A DNA stretch of 64,000 bases from an uncultured Pseudomonadota bacterium (GTDB taxonomy: Bacteria > Pseudomonadota > Alphaproteobacteria > RF32 > CAG-239), in assembly GCA_949297185.1 (NCBI GenBank), contig CASFRM010000005.1:2368-66367 (forward strand). The letters run 5' to 3'. This document shows positions 9,848-19,244 of this stretch, one piece after another. The notes beneath the pieces were generated by a model, which was not told the origin of the DNA, did not search any database, and worked only from the letters and a program-made list of their open reading frames with translations. The translations under genes were made by a program, and so were the position numbers. Numbering within the stretch: position 1 is the stretch's first letter; each line of letters starts with the position of its first letter.

Positions 9848-10306
9848 CTATGCTTTTGCCAACTGCATAACCGACAAGGTCAAATCAACGGCATCAACAT
9901 CGTTGCTGGCAAACAAAGTACCGAAGTTATTTTGTACTTTATTTGAAAATTCGCCTTCATCAACATTCAAAATACCGGCAACGGTAGTCAAAGTCTCACC
10001 CTGACCTGCTGCGGCATCCATGGCAAACTGTTCCATATTGTTTTCCAAAAATGCCAAAAGCATTCTGCCTGTTCCGCCGGTAACACGACCGTTCGGATCA
10101 CAACCTGAAGTACCGGTAGAAATACCGAAAGTTTGTGTACCGAAAATACCGTTTGTTGTAGCAGCCAAAACTTGCGGCACAATACCGGATTGTCCTCTCC
10201 AGGCCATAGAGCCCAAACCGCAACCTGTTGAGTCATAAGCATTTGCATTTGTTGATAAAGCCATAGCTCCGGCAACAACCGCCGACAAAAGATATAATTT
10301 TTTCAT
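9848..10306 (-). CDS. DUF3015 family secreted protein
   Basis: Signal peptide, GCGLG, ATTN..FG.QTFGISTGTSGC and D.A.GQGE.L motifs. Usual neighbour of DUF4105 genes. Confidence 0.85.
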   Translation of the reverse strand: MKKLYLLSAVVAGAMALSTNANAYDSTGCGLGSMAWRGQSGIVPQVLAATTNGIFGTQTFGISTGTSGCDPNGRVTGGTGRMLLAFLENNMEQFAMDAAAGQGETLTTVAGILNVDEGEFSNKVQNNFGTLFASNDVDAVDLTLSVMQLAKA

Positions 10307-10463
10307 CTATCATCTCCACAATAGTTTTACTTAAGTTATTTCACGATAGCATATTTTTATGACATGTATAGCAATTTAGCCAAGTTTTCCCCTGCAAAGA
10401 AAAAAGCTTGATTTATTTTTCATCAGTGCTATATAGAGAATATATAAAGTTTCAATTATCGTT

Positions 10464-10499
10464 CTGTGAAGGAGTTTTCTCCCTCGCAGTTCTTTTTTT
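10464..10499 (+). promoter_or_regulatory. Terminator-like hairpin in the greA leader (putative attenuator)
   Basis: CTGTGAAGGAG-TTTT-CTCCCTCGCAG plus T7, between a promoter-like TTGATT-N16-TATATA (10408-10435) and the greA start. Confidence 0.55.
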
Positions 10500-10526
10500 C
10501 TAATATTTTTAAAGGAAGGTGAAGAA

Positions 10527-11000
10527 ATGGAAAAATTTCCTTTGACTAAAGTCGGCTATAACGCATTGGAAGCCGAACTAAAAAATTTAAAAGCGGTAGA
10601 ACGTCCGAATATTATTGCCGCCATATCCGAAGCTCGTGCCCAAGGTGACTTATCTGAGAACGCCGAATACTCTGCTGCCAAAGAAAAGCAAAGCTTTATT
10701 GAAGGCCGCATTCAGGATTTGGAAGCTGTTTTAAGCCGAGCCCAAGTAATTGACGTTCCTGCAATCAAAAGCGATGTCATTCGCTTTGGTGCTACCGTAA
10801 TTGTTGCCGATGAAGATGATGAGTTAGAACGCTCTTACCAAATTGTCGGTGATTATGAAGCCGATATTGCCAAAAACAAAATATCTTTGTCTTCACCCTT
10901 GGCAAAAGCTCTGATAGGCAAAGAAATTGGCGATGTTGCAGAATTTAACGCACCGTCTGGACGCAAATCTTTTGAAATTATTGATATAAAATATATTTAA
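10527..11000 (+). CDS. greA: Transcription elongation factor GreA
   Basis: GDLSENAEY, EGRI and SSPLAKALIGK motifs. Confidence 0.97.
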   Translation: MEKFPLTKVGYNALEAELKNLKAVERPNIIAAISEARAQGDLSENAEYSAAKEKQSFIEGRIQDLEAVLSRAQVIDVPAIKSDVIRFGATVIVADEDDELERSYQIVGDYEADIAKNKISLSSPLAKALIGKEIGDVAEFNAPSGRKSFEIIDIKYI

Positions 11001-11024
11001 AATTGCAAAAGAGATATTATAATC

Positions 11025-11053
11025 AGACTGTCACTAAATGGCAGTCTTTTTTT
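11025..11053 (+). terminator. Intrinsic terminator after greA
   Basis: AGACTGTCA-CTAAA-TGGCAGTCT plus T run. Confidence 0.7.
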
Positions 11054-11066
11054 AAGGAGAAACCTC

Positions 11067-11270
11067 ATGTGTAACAAAAATGAAGAAGTAGCCGATGTAA
11101 ACTCTTGTGATTGTGATGAAGACAATTCTTGCGGTTGCAGCTACCCCAACAACATGCAAGGCACCACTTGTAACTGCACCCCCGAACACAACTGCGGTTG
11201 CATTAAATATGATGAAGCAACCAAACAGTATTACCACGACGAAAGTGTTTGCACCTGCAACAAAAAATAG
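11067..11270 (+). CDS. Cys-rich microprotein, metallothionein-like
   Basis: 67 aa with 11 Cys (five CxC pairs), TAAGGAG RBS and a downstream terminator. Confidence 0.7.
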   Translation: MCNKNEEVADVNSCDCDEDNSCGCSYPNNMQGTTCNCTPEHNCGCIKYDEATKQYYHDESVCTCNKK

Positions 11271-11275
11271 GTATT

Positions 11276-11309
11276 AAAAAGCCCTCACTAATAATGTGAG
11301 GGCTTTTTT
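11276..11309. terminator. Bidirectional intrinsic terminator
   Basis: AAAAAGCCCTCAC...GTGAGGGCTTTTT between convergent genes. Confidence 0.85.
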
Positions 11310-12539
11310 TTATTCATACCTTAAAGCATTAATCGGATTTAAAAGAGACGCTTTATATGCCGGATAAAATCCAAAAAACAATCCTACCATACCGGCAAAA
11401 GAAAACGGCATTAAAACATAAATCAACGATACTTTGGTCGGCAAAGAACTAAATACTCCGACCAAATACGAGCCAAGCAACCCAATCACAACTCCGACCA
11501 ATCCGCCGATTAAAGACAGCACCAAAGATTCGGTCAAAAACTGCCATCTGATATCCCAAGCCTTTGCCCCTATTGCCATTCTGATGCCGATTTCTCTGGT
11601 CCGCTCGGTAACCGAAACCAACATTATGTTCATAATACCGATACCGCCGACAAGCAAAGATATCGAAGCAATCGAACCAAGTAAGATAGTCATAACTTTA
11701 GTTGAGCTTTCCATCATCTCCATCATTTGAGTCAAGTTTCTAATAACAAAGTCATCCTCTTTATTTACGCCCAAATTATGCCTTTGTCGTAACAATTCTC
11801 TGATCTCTTCTTGCGCGGTATATGTACTTTGTGAATCAATAGCCTGCAACATAATCATTTTCACTTGGTCTGGAAAAGAAATACCCATAACTTTTTTCTG
11901 AGCGGTTGTAATCGGAATATACACCACATCATCTTGATCCATACCGTTACCCGACTGTCCCCTGGGAATCAACACCCCGATAACCTGAAACGGAATTCCC
12001 TTAATTCTTACTGTTTTACCCAAAGGATCGACATCGCCAAACAACTCATTCACTACGGTCTGCCCCAAGATTGCGACCTTGGCAGCACTTCTGATATCGG
12101 TAGAAGAAAACATTCTGCCGTAAGATAGATTCCACTCTTTAATTTCAAACATTCTACGATCTGTTCCGGTCACACCGGTAGACCAGTTGGCGTTACCATA
12201 AACTATTTGTGCGGTTTCTTCCAAAACCGGAGCAGCCAGTTTAATTTCGGGAATTTTTTCTTGAATGGCATCACCATCGCTTTTTTTCATAGTAGGTTTA
12301 GAACCATGTCCGCTTCTGGCACCCGACGATGTCGCCACACCCGAACGGATTATAATTAAGTTTGAGCCCATTGTTTTCATTTCATTTTGAATAGATGTCT
12401 GAGCTCCATGCCCTACCGAAAGCATAACAATAACCGCAGCCACACCGATAATGATACCGAGCGATGTCAATATCGAACGCATTTTGTTTGCTTTGATTGC
12501 GCGAGTTGCGATAGAAAAAATTGTCCTTGCATCAATCAT
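11310..12539 (-). CDS. MacB/FtsX-type ABC transporter permease
   Basis: RS.LT.LGIIIGV, GGIGIMNIMLVSVTERTREIGIR and PINALRYE motifs. Confidence 0.93.
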   Translation of the reverse strand: MIDARTIFSIATRAIKANKMRSILTSLGIIIGVAAVIVMLSVGHGAQTSIQNEMKTMGSNLIIIRSGVATSSGARSGHGSKPTMKKSDGDAIQEKIPEIKLAAPVLEETAQIVYGNANWSTGVTGTDRRMFEIKEWNLSYGRMFSSTDIRSAAKVAILGQTVVNELFGDVDPLGKTVRIKGIPFQVIGVLIPRGQSGNGMDQDDVVYIPITTAQKKVMGISFPDQVKMIMLQAIDSQSTYTAQEEIRELLRQRHNLGVNKEDDFVIRNLTQMMEMMESSTKVMTILLGSIASISLLVGGIGIMNIMLVSVTERTREIGIRMAIGAKAWDIRWQFLTESLVLSLIGGLVGVVIGLLGSYLVGVFSSLPTKVSLIYVLMPFSFAGMVGLFFGFYPAYKASLLNPINALRYE

Positions 12540-13225
12540 TTTTCATTCCTCTCGTCAGAATGGATTTCGCCATCGACAATACGAATAATTCTCTTGGCAT
12601 AATGTGCAATATCGTCTTCGTGAGTAACCAAAATTATTGTGCGTCCCAAATCTTCATTTAATCTGGTAAACAGATTCATAATCTCAATACTCATTTTAGT
12701 ATCAAGATTTCCGGTCGGCTCATCGGCAAAAATAATCGGCGCCTCGTTCACCACGGCTCTGGCAATAGCCACACGTTGTTGTTGACCGCCGGAGAGTTGA
12801 TTGGGCATATGATGCATTCTTTCCTTCAACCCCACCTTAGCCAAAGCCTTTTGGGCTCTTTCCTCGCGTTGAGCAGCCGGCACATTGGCATAAACCATCG
12901 GCAGCTCCACATTTTCCAGAGCCGAAGTTCTGGAAAGTAAATTAAACCCCTGAAAGACAAATCCGATTTTTCTGTTTCTGATATCAGCCAACTCGTCAGC
13001 CGATAAATTTTCCACCCTTTGTCCGTCCAAGACATAAGTTCCCGAAGTTGGCTTATCCAAACAGCCCAAAATATTCATCAATGTAGATTTTCCGGAACCT
13101 GACGGCCCCATAATCGCCACAAAATCACCTTTTTCAATATTAAGATTAATCCCTTTTAAGATTTTAAGTTGCGTATCTTCCAAAGGGTAAGATTTGGTAA
13201 TATGTTTAAGCTCAATCAGGCTCAT
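12536..13225 (-). CDS. ABC transporter ATP-binding protein (MacB/LolD type)
   Basis: GPSGSGKST, LSGGQQQRV and DEPTGNLD. Confidence 0.95.
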   Translation of the reverse strand: MSLIELKHITKSYPLEDTQLKILKGINLNIEKGDFVAIMGPSGSGKSTLMNILGCLDKPTSGTYVLDGQRVENLSADELADIRNRKIGFVFQGFNLLSRTSALENVELPMVYANVPAAQREERAQKALAKVGLKERMHHMPNQLSGGQQQRVAIARAVVNEAPIIFADEPTGNLDTKMSIEIMNLFTRLNEDLGRTIILVTHEDDIAHYAKRIIRIVDGEIHSDERNEK

Positions 13226-13226
13226 A

Positions 13227-14381
13227 CTATCTTCTCCGCAATCTTAATTGTTCGGCTCTTTTAGCAGTCTCTTTTTTATCTTCCAAAATAACCTCATCAC
13301 CTTCTTTAATCTGTTCTGAAGTAATTTCGGTTTTATCATCATCGGCCAAACCGTCAATGATATTAAATCTTTGTGGTTTTCCGTCTTTAAGAATCCACAA
13401 TCCTTTATCCTGATATCTTTTTATGTTGCCGTTTTCATCGGTCACATAGAATCTTAATGCTTTATTTGGTACTAAAAGAACATCTTTTTTCTCAGCCGTA
13501 ACAATGCTTACATTAGCGGTCATGCCGGGCTTTAGGCGCAAGTCTTTATTATCAATGCTGATGATCACTTCATAGGTTACGACATTTGAGGTTGTAATCG
13601 GATTATTACGCACTTGCGTTACCACCCCCTCAAACACTTCATCAGGAAAACTATCGACCATAAATTCAACTTTTTGTTCTTCTTTTACCTTGGCGATATC
13701 GGCCTCCACCACAGATGCTTCAATTTGCATTTTGGTTAAGTCTTCGGCAACATTAAACAGGGTTGGAGTATTAAAACTTGCTGCCACGGTTTGACCAACT
13801 TCGACCTCGCGAGATATTACCACACCGTCAACCGAAGAAATAATTCTGGTATATTCCAAATCGATTTGAGCTTGTTTAAGAGCCGCCTCGGCCTGCTTTA
13901 TTTCTGCCTCCTTAAGAGCTTTTTGCGCCACAGCGTTACTGTAATCTCTTTGTGCCGACTCGAGTTCTTTATCGGTAGAATATTTCGAGCGATTAAGTTT
14001 TTTGGTTCGATCTAAGTGTTTTTTATAATATATTATATCATTTTTGGTAACTTCCAACTCAGCCTTTGCAATATCAAGAGCTGCCTGTCTTTGATCTACC
14101 GTAGCCTCAAAAGTCTGAGGATCGACCAAAGCCAACAACTGTCCTTTATCAACCTTAGAATTATAATCGACATAGATTTCGGCAATAATACCCGATATTT
14201 GGGTACCGATATTAACGGTAGAGATTGGATTGATAATACCGGTTGCGGTAATTTTTTCTACAATATCGCCTTTAACCACCTTAGCCGTAACAAAATTATC
14301 ATTCTTATCACACCCGCCCAAAGATGAAGCAATAATACCTGCCACAACAGCCAAGCTAGAAATTTTCCAAAGTTTTTGCAT
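13227..14381 (-). CDS. MacA-like periplasmic adaptor subunit
   Basis: TQISG, VDYNSKV, GQTVAAS and LKPGMTA. Start reassigned to ATG 14381 (AAGGA RBS). Confidence 0.9.
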   Translation of the reverse strand: MQKLWKISSLAVVAGIIASSLGGCDKNDNFVTAKVVKGDIVEKITATGIINPISTVNIGTQISGIIAEIYVDYNSKVDKGQLLALVDPQTFEATVDQRQAALDIAKAELEVTKNDIIYYKKHLDRTKKLNRSKYSTDKELESAQRDYSNAVAQKALKEAEIKQAEAALKQAQIDLEYTRIISSVDGVVISREVEVGQTVAASFNTPTLFNVAEDLTKMQIEASVVEADIAKVKEEQKVEFMVDSFPDEVFEGVVTQVRNNPITTSNVVTYEVIISIDNKDLRLKPGMTANVSIVTAEKKDVLLVPNKALRFYVTDENGNIKRYQDKGLWILKDGKPQRFNIIDGLADDDKTEITSEQIKEGDEVILEDKKETAKRAEQLRLRRR

Positions 14382-14584
14382 GTTTTTATCCTTATGCCAA
14401 ATATATCTAAGATATAATAACGACAAAACCTTAAAAAAAGTTTTAAAAAAAATTCTTGCTTCTGCATTTTTTTTGTCTATAATTGACAATGCATATTCTT
14501 ATTAGTTAAATAATATTATTAAACCGTCGAACTTTCCCGCACCCGAATATGCATGCGGCAAATATTAGACACAAAAAAAATCAT

Positions 14585-14860
14585 ATGGAAAAAAATTTAA
14601 ATTGCTGTGACGAAAAAGTAGTCGTAATGAAAAAAATCCAAGCTCTTTTGCCGGAGGGTACACGCACCATTAATAAATATCCGGTACAAAAGGAAATCAG
14701 AAGAAAAAACTCTTATGATTCTTTTACGGCCTGGACTTGCTGGGTCAAAAATGCCGGGAACCAAACCTTCTTGGCTATTTTAAGCCATAGCGAAATAAAA
14801 CTCATTTCTGAACAAGAAATAAGGGACAACTTTAGTTCTCGCAGCATAAAATTGATTTAA
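14585..14860 (+). CDS. Hypothetical protein, paralogue of 56716-57375 (SF.AWTCW motif)
   Basis: ORF track plus shared motif. Start uncertain (14549 or 14585). Confidence 0.6.
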   Translation: MEKNLNCCDEKVVVMKKIQALLPEGTRTINKYPVQKEIRRKNSYDSFTAWTCWVKNAGNQTFLAILSHSEIKLISEQEIRDNFSSRSIKLI

Positions 14861-14871
14861 ATCAAATTATT

Positions 14872-15660
14872 ATGGCAAAAAAAGAAAAATTGAAACTCAC
14901 GAAAGACCAGTACTTGCAGCTGCAAGGACTGGATCTGCAACAGAAATTAGACCTGTTGCATGACTGGAAGAAAAGTAATGAAGTAACCGCTCAACAGTTC
15001 AACCACTTTTCGAATCTCTGGATTAGCCGAGAGACGAAAAAAATTATGGACATAAAAAATCCTTTGCGAAAAAGCAAGGATGAGGACCGTCCCAGCTCAA
15101 GTATGAGAACCGTGATTGAAGGCGATATAGAGCTTTTTTACAACCGCCTTCAGGGAAAACTCAACTACTATCTGGCCAACCGGACAGCGATAGGGTTGAG
15201 TGAACGCGAGCTGGAATTATTCAAAACCTACACCAGCAAATACAGGCTCTATAAGAGTTTAATAAACAATTTGCTGGTGATTGGACTAAGGTTCCCCGAT
15301 AAAAACCTCAACAAATATTGTGAGGAATTTATCAGAGAAAATAAAATGTACAAAGACTATACCGATGTACATTTCTGGTCCTCGCTCTGGGCCGACAGCA
15401 ATCTGGTTCCCATGGATGCCATACGCTTGATGCTCACAAAGTCAAACGACGGATACCAAATAAATCCTGTGTTTGATAAAGGACTAATCGGATTGTTGGT
15501 TCCTATGTTTGAAGTCCAAAGGGACAAAGAAGTTCAGCGGCTCAAATGGGCTCAAGCATTGGAAAATGATACCGAGAGAGAAAAAGAGCTCGCCCGCAAG
15601 ACAAAAAGGCTCAATGCCTTCAACATCTTGCTCCAAGCGGCACAAGAGTATCTGAAATAA
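14872..15660 (+). CDS. Hypothetical protein
   Basis: 262-aa ORF followed by a terminator. No family recognised. Confidence 0.75.
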   Translation: MAKKEKLKLTKDQYLQLQGLDLQQKLDLLHDWKKSNEVTAQQFNHFSNLWISRETKKIMDIKNPLRKSKDEDRPSSSMRTVIEGDIELFYNRLQGKLNYYLANRTAIGLSERELELFKTYTSKYRLYKSLINNLLVIGLRFPDKNLNKYCEEFIRENKMYKDYTDVHFWSSLWADSNLVPMDAIRLMLTKSNDGYQINPVFDKGLIGLLVPMFEVQRDKEVQRLKWAQALENDTEREKELARKTKRLNAFNILLQAAQEYLK

Positions 15661-15666
15661 CATAGC

Positions 15667-15705
15667 AAAAAAACCGAAAGCTTTTCATTGAGCTTTCGGT
15701 TTTTT
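15667..15705 (+). terminator. Intrinsic terminator
   Basis: AAAACCGAAAGCT...AGCTTTCGGTTTT. Confidence 0.85.
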
Positions 15706-15718
15706 GTCTAAAAACAGC

Positions 15719-15747
15719 TTGCCAACAATCGTTTTTTGGTGTATTAT
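15719..15747 (+). promoter_or_regulatory. Sigma70-like promoter
   Basis: TTGCCA-N17-TATTAT. Confidence 0.55.
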
Positions 15748-15780
15748 TGATAATTGGTTGAATATTAAAAAAAGATTATT

Positions 15781-16707
15781 ATGGAAAAGAAAAAATTATT
15801 AAAATCGGCCCGCCCGATTACCAGAAAATGGCTTTTTGCCAAGTTGCAAAACCAAAAAGTTGATGCAGAGATTCAAAAATCATTTTTCTATCTTAACACT
15901 GTAGAAGGAAATATTATCACTAAATGGCACCAAAATGTTCTTCACCGTATGGTTGCCGTAAAGTTGCACGCTTACGAGCCTGAACTTTTTGAATATATTT
16001 CCAAACCGGAAGTAACGGTGGCTCAAGCTCTGGCCAAGGCACGCAAAAGCTACGCCAAAGCCATTAGCAAACAGCATCAAAAGCAGATAGCCAAAATTAT
16101 TGCTATCCTGCAACAACTGTTTGACAGTGAGAAAGAACTATATGACAAAGCCGGAGAACAACTGTCTCTCGGCAATGTCGAAAATGTTCTGGAAAACATT
16201 GCCGCAAAGATAGAAGCTAAAGATGAGGTTAGTGCCGAATACTTGCTATATACCAAGCAAAGCATCAAGCACTATAACCGCTTACTAAAGCTCAAAATCA
16301 ATCCGAGCATTCATGAACTGTATCAGGCTCTTGACCCTCGTTTTGCCGGTGATCCCGACATCTACACCAAACAGATAAGTGTCGTCTTATCAACTTATCG
16401 CGAAGGCGAAGATGTTGACAAAGCTGTGAAAGACATTTGTTTCGATTTCATCAAAGACAGTATTAAATATTGTGGATACATACATGTTAATTTAATGGAG
16501 TATATATTCAAAAATGATGAAATCAGCGAACGCGCCTATCAGCTTTTCTGCGATGCGGAAAAACAGATTAGATCCAAAAGCATGTCGGTTTTGCCGGCGG
16601 CATTTGCTGATCGTATAGCCAAGAAAAAAGGGCTGTATGAGAAAACACCCGAAGATTTGACGGCTGCCGAAATTCGCATTCTTAAAATCAAAGAAATGTT
16701 CTCTTAA
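15781..16707 (+). CDS. Hypothetical helical protein
   Basis: 308-aa ORF with its own promoter-like site and terminator. Confidence 0.75.
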   Translation: MEKKKLLKSARPITRKWLFAKLQNQKVDAEIQKSFFYLNTVEGNIITKWHQNVLHRMVAVKLHAYEPELFEYISKPEVTVAQALAKARKSYAKAISKQHQKQIAKIIAILQQLFDSEKELYDKAGEQLSLGNVENVLENIAAKIEAKDEVSAEYLLYTKQSIKHYNRLLKLKINPSIHELYQALDPRFAGDPDIYTKQISVVLSTYREGEDVDKAVKDICFDFIKDSIKYCGYIHVNLMEYIFKNDEISERAYQLFCDAEKQIRSKSMSVLPAAFADRIAKKKGLYEKTPEDLTAAEIRILKIKEMFS

Positions 16708-16753
16708 AAAAACACCCAAGCAGGATTTTTCAAACTCTGCTTGGGTGTTTTTT
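16707..16753. terminator. Bidirectional intrinsic terminator
   Basis: AAAAAACACCCAAGCAG...CTGCTTGGGTGTTTTTT. Confidence 0.85.
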
Positions 16754-16763
16754 CATCTTCTGC

Positions 16764-17663
16764 TTAATTAAAAGAATATCCTCTTAGCAATTCTTCTGCC
16801 GTCATGGCTTTTTTACCTTGCCTTTGTATCTGCAAAACTTGCAAACACCCATTCTCACATCCGATAAACAGCTTATCTTTTTCTGCTCTGATTTCCCCGG
16901 CTTTCAAACCATAAACATTCTCTATCGCATTACATTTTAACAACTTAAATCTTTCGCCGTTATGCTCAAAAAATGTTGCCGGATACGGATTAAATGCTCT
17001 GATTTTGCGTTCCAACACCTCGGCAGATTGCAAAAAGTCCAAACGACTCTCTTCCTTATCAATTTTTGCGGCATAAGTTACCAAGCTCTCATCTTGTTCT
17101 TCCGGCACTATCTTATCTAAATCAGCCAAAACCTCAATGATAAGTTTTGCCCCCAACTCAGCCATTTTATCGTGCAAAATTCCAACCGTCATATCCTTAT
17201 CAATAATAATTTCGCCCTTTTTATACATTGCACCGGCATCCAATGCTTCTACCACCTGCATAATGGTAATACCGGTTTTGTCATCTCCTGCTTCAATAGC
17301 TCTTTGCATCGGAGCAGCTCCACGCCATCTCGGCAACAAAGAACCATGCACATTCAAAGATTTTTTGGGGCATGCCTCAATAATTTCTTTAGGCAATATA
17401 AGCCCATACGCTGCCACGATTGATATATCGGCATTAAGCGCGGCAAACTTGGCTTGTTCTTCGGCATTTCGCAAAGTTTTGGGAGTCCTAACCTCAATTC
17501 CGTGATTTTCCGCCCAAATATGCACCGGAGATTTTTGCAACTCTTTACCACGACCGGCTTCTTTCGGAGCTCTGGTGTAAACGCAAACCACTTCATGATT
17601 TTTATACAAAGCTTCCAAAGTCGGCACCGCAAATTCCGGTGTTCCCAAAAACACTACTTTCAT
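16764..17663 (-). CDS. fmt: Methionyl-tRNA formyltransferase
   Basis: F.GTPEFA, AYGLILP and NVHGSLLPRWRGAAP. Confidence 0.96.
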   Translation of the reverse strand: MKVVFLGTPEFAVPTLEALYKNHEVVCVYTRAPKEAGRGKELQKSPVHIWAENHGIEVRTPKTLRNAEEQAKFAALNADISIVAAYGLILPKEIIEACPKKSLNVHGSLLPRWRGAAPMQRAIEAGDDKTGITIMQVVEALDAGAMYKKGEIIIDKDMTVGILHDKMAELGAKLIIEVLADLDKIVPEEQDESLVTYAAKIDKEESRLDFLQSAEVLERKIRAFNPYPATFFEHNGERFKLLKCNAIENVYGLKAGEIRAEKDKLFIGCENGCLQVLQIQRQGKKAMTAEELLRGYSFN

Positions 17664-17686
17664 AATTACCCTCTTTTATTTATAAA

Positions 17687-18589
17687 TTATGCTCTGAAAT
17701 CCAAGCCCCAAACATTATAACGACCGGCATCTTCCTGCCAGTTTTCTCTAACCTTTACAAACAAGAACAAATGCACTTTATCTTCAAACAAATCTTCAAT
17801 TTCGCGTCGAGCCGCCTGACCTATTTTTTTAATCATGGCTCCGCCCTTACCCAAAACAATAATCTTTTGGCTGTCACGCTCAACATAAATGGTCATTTCT
17901 GCTCTGATTGAACCGTCATCTCTTCTTTCCCAAAGCTCGGGTTCAACGGTTGTTGCATATGGAATTTCATGTTGCAAATACAAAAACATTTTTTCTCTGA
18001 CAATTTCTGCCGCCAGTAGTTTAAGCGGCATATCAGACATCTGTTCTTCGGGATAATACCAAGGACTTTCCGGCAAATTATCAGCCAAATACTTATAAAA
18101 TTCTTCAATATTTTTTCCGTTTGTAGCCGAAACAAAAAAAGTCTCTTCAAACTTATAAAAATCATTAAGCTCTTTGCTCAAAGACAACAAATCTTTTTCT
18201 TTAACCAAGTCGACCTTGTTGATGAGCAAGACAGCTTTAGTATTTTTCTTTTTCAAACCATTGATAATAGCTTTGGTTTCTTCATCAAAACCTTTTTTTG
18301 CATCTACCACCAACACCACGATATCGGCATCTTTTGAGCCATCCCAAGCCGAAGCCACCATAGCCCTGTCGAGCCTTCTTTTAGGTTTAAAAATCCCCGG
18401 TGTATCCAAAAAAATTATTTGGGTATTTTCAAATATTCCAATACCTTTAACGGTAGTTCTGGTTGTTTGGACTTTTGGCGAAACGATAGATACTTTAGAA
18501 CCGACAAAATTGTTGGTAATGGTAGACTTTCCGGCATTTGGTGCTCCGATAAGAGCCACAAACCCGCATCTGGTTGCATTTTCACTCAT
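17687..18589 (-). CDS. era: GTPase Era
   Basis: GAPNAGKST, KVQTTR, DTPG, NKVD and KH domain GKGG. Confidence 0.97.
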   Translation of the reverse strand: MSENATRCGFVALIGAPNAGKSTITNNFVGSKVSIVSPKVQTTRTTVKGIGIFENTQIIFLDTPGIFKPKRRLDRAMVASAWDGSKDADIVVLVVDAKKGFDEETKAIINGLKKKNTKAVLLINKVDLVKEKDLLSLSKELNDFYKFEETFFVSATNGKNIEEFYKYLADNLPESPWYYPEEQMSDMPLKLLAAEIVREKMFLYLQHEIPYATTVEPELWERRDDGSIRAEMTIYVERDSQKIIVLGKGGAMIKKIGQAARREIEDLFEDKVHLFLFVKVRENWQEDAGRYNVWGLDFRA

Positions 18590-19236
18590 TACTTTAACAT
18601 CTCCAACATAGCCGCAGCCGCCGCAAACTCGGCAGCCTTTTTGCTGGTTCCGCTGCCGGAAGCTTTCTTACCGTTTTCCAATATCACTTCCATTTCAAAC
18701 ATTGGCTTATGTTCGCTACCCGAACGTGACAACAACTCATACCTCGGAGTACCCAATTTCAAGTGATGTGACAGCTCCTGCAACTCGGTTTTACTATCCT
18801 TTGGCGGCGCAACATTTCTATCAATCAACTCTCTCCAGTGATTGTTCACAAATTCGATTGCGGCATCAATTCCGGCATCTATATAAATAGCCCCGATAAT
18901 GGCTTCCGTAACATCACACAGCACATTTTCATTTTTGCGCAAATCATCTGATGCCACATTCATATATCTGTCGAGTTCCAATTTTCGTGCCACATCCGCC
19001 ACGGTTTCTTTACATACCAAACCGACAAACCTTTGCGACAAATTACCTTCCGGTTCTTTAGGAAACAGATTGTAAAGCAAAAAAGCAACCGCTACACCTA
19101 AGACTCTGTCGCCCAAAAATTCCAATCTTTCGTAGTTATTAGCCACATCGGCATCAATACTGCCGTGTGTAATGGCTTTTTTGAGCAGTTTTTCGTCTTT
19201 GAAATTATATTTAAGTACCTGTTGCAAAGTTTGCAT
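18589..19236 (-). CDS. rnc: Ribonuclease III
   Basis: NYERLEFLGD, EAIIGAIY.D and C-terminal dsRBD. Confidence 0.97.
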   Translation of the reverse strand: MQTLQQVLKYNFKDEKLLKKAITHGSIDADVANNYERLEFLGDRVLGVAVAFLLYNLFPKEPEGNLSQRFVGLVCKETVADVARKLELDRYMNVASDDLRKNENVLCDVTEAIIGAIYIDAGIDAAIEFVNNHWRELIDRNVAPPKDSKTELQELSHHLKLGTPRYELLSRSGSEHKPMFEMEVILENGKKASGSGTSKKAAEFAAAAAMLEMLK

Positions 19237-19244
19237 CAAATCAC

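Noticed and set aside
11310-14381. MacAB-type system as exporter of the Cys-rich peptide
   Set aside because: The genes are convergent and separated by a terminator, and the peptide has no leader or modifying enzymes. Adjacency alone is insufficient.
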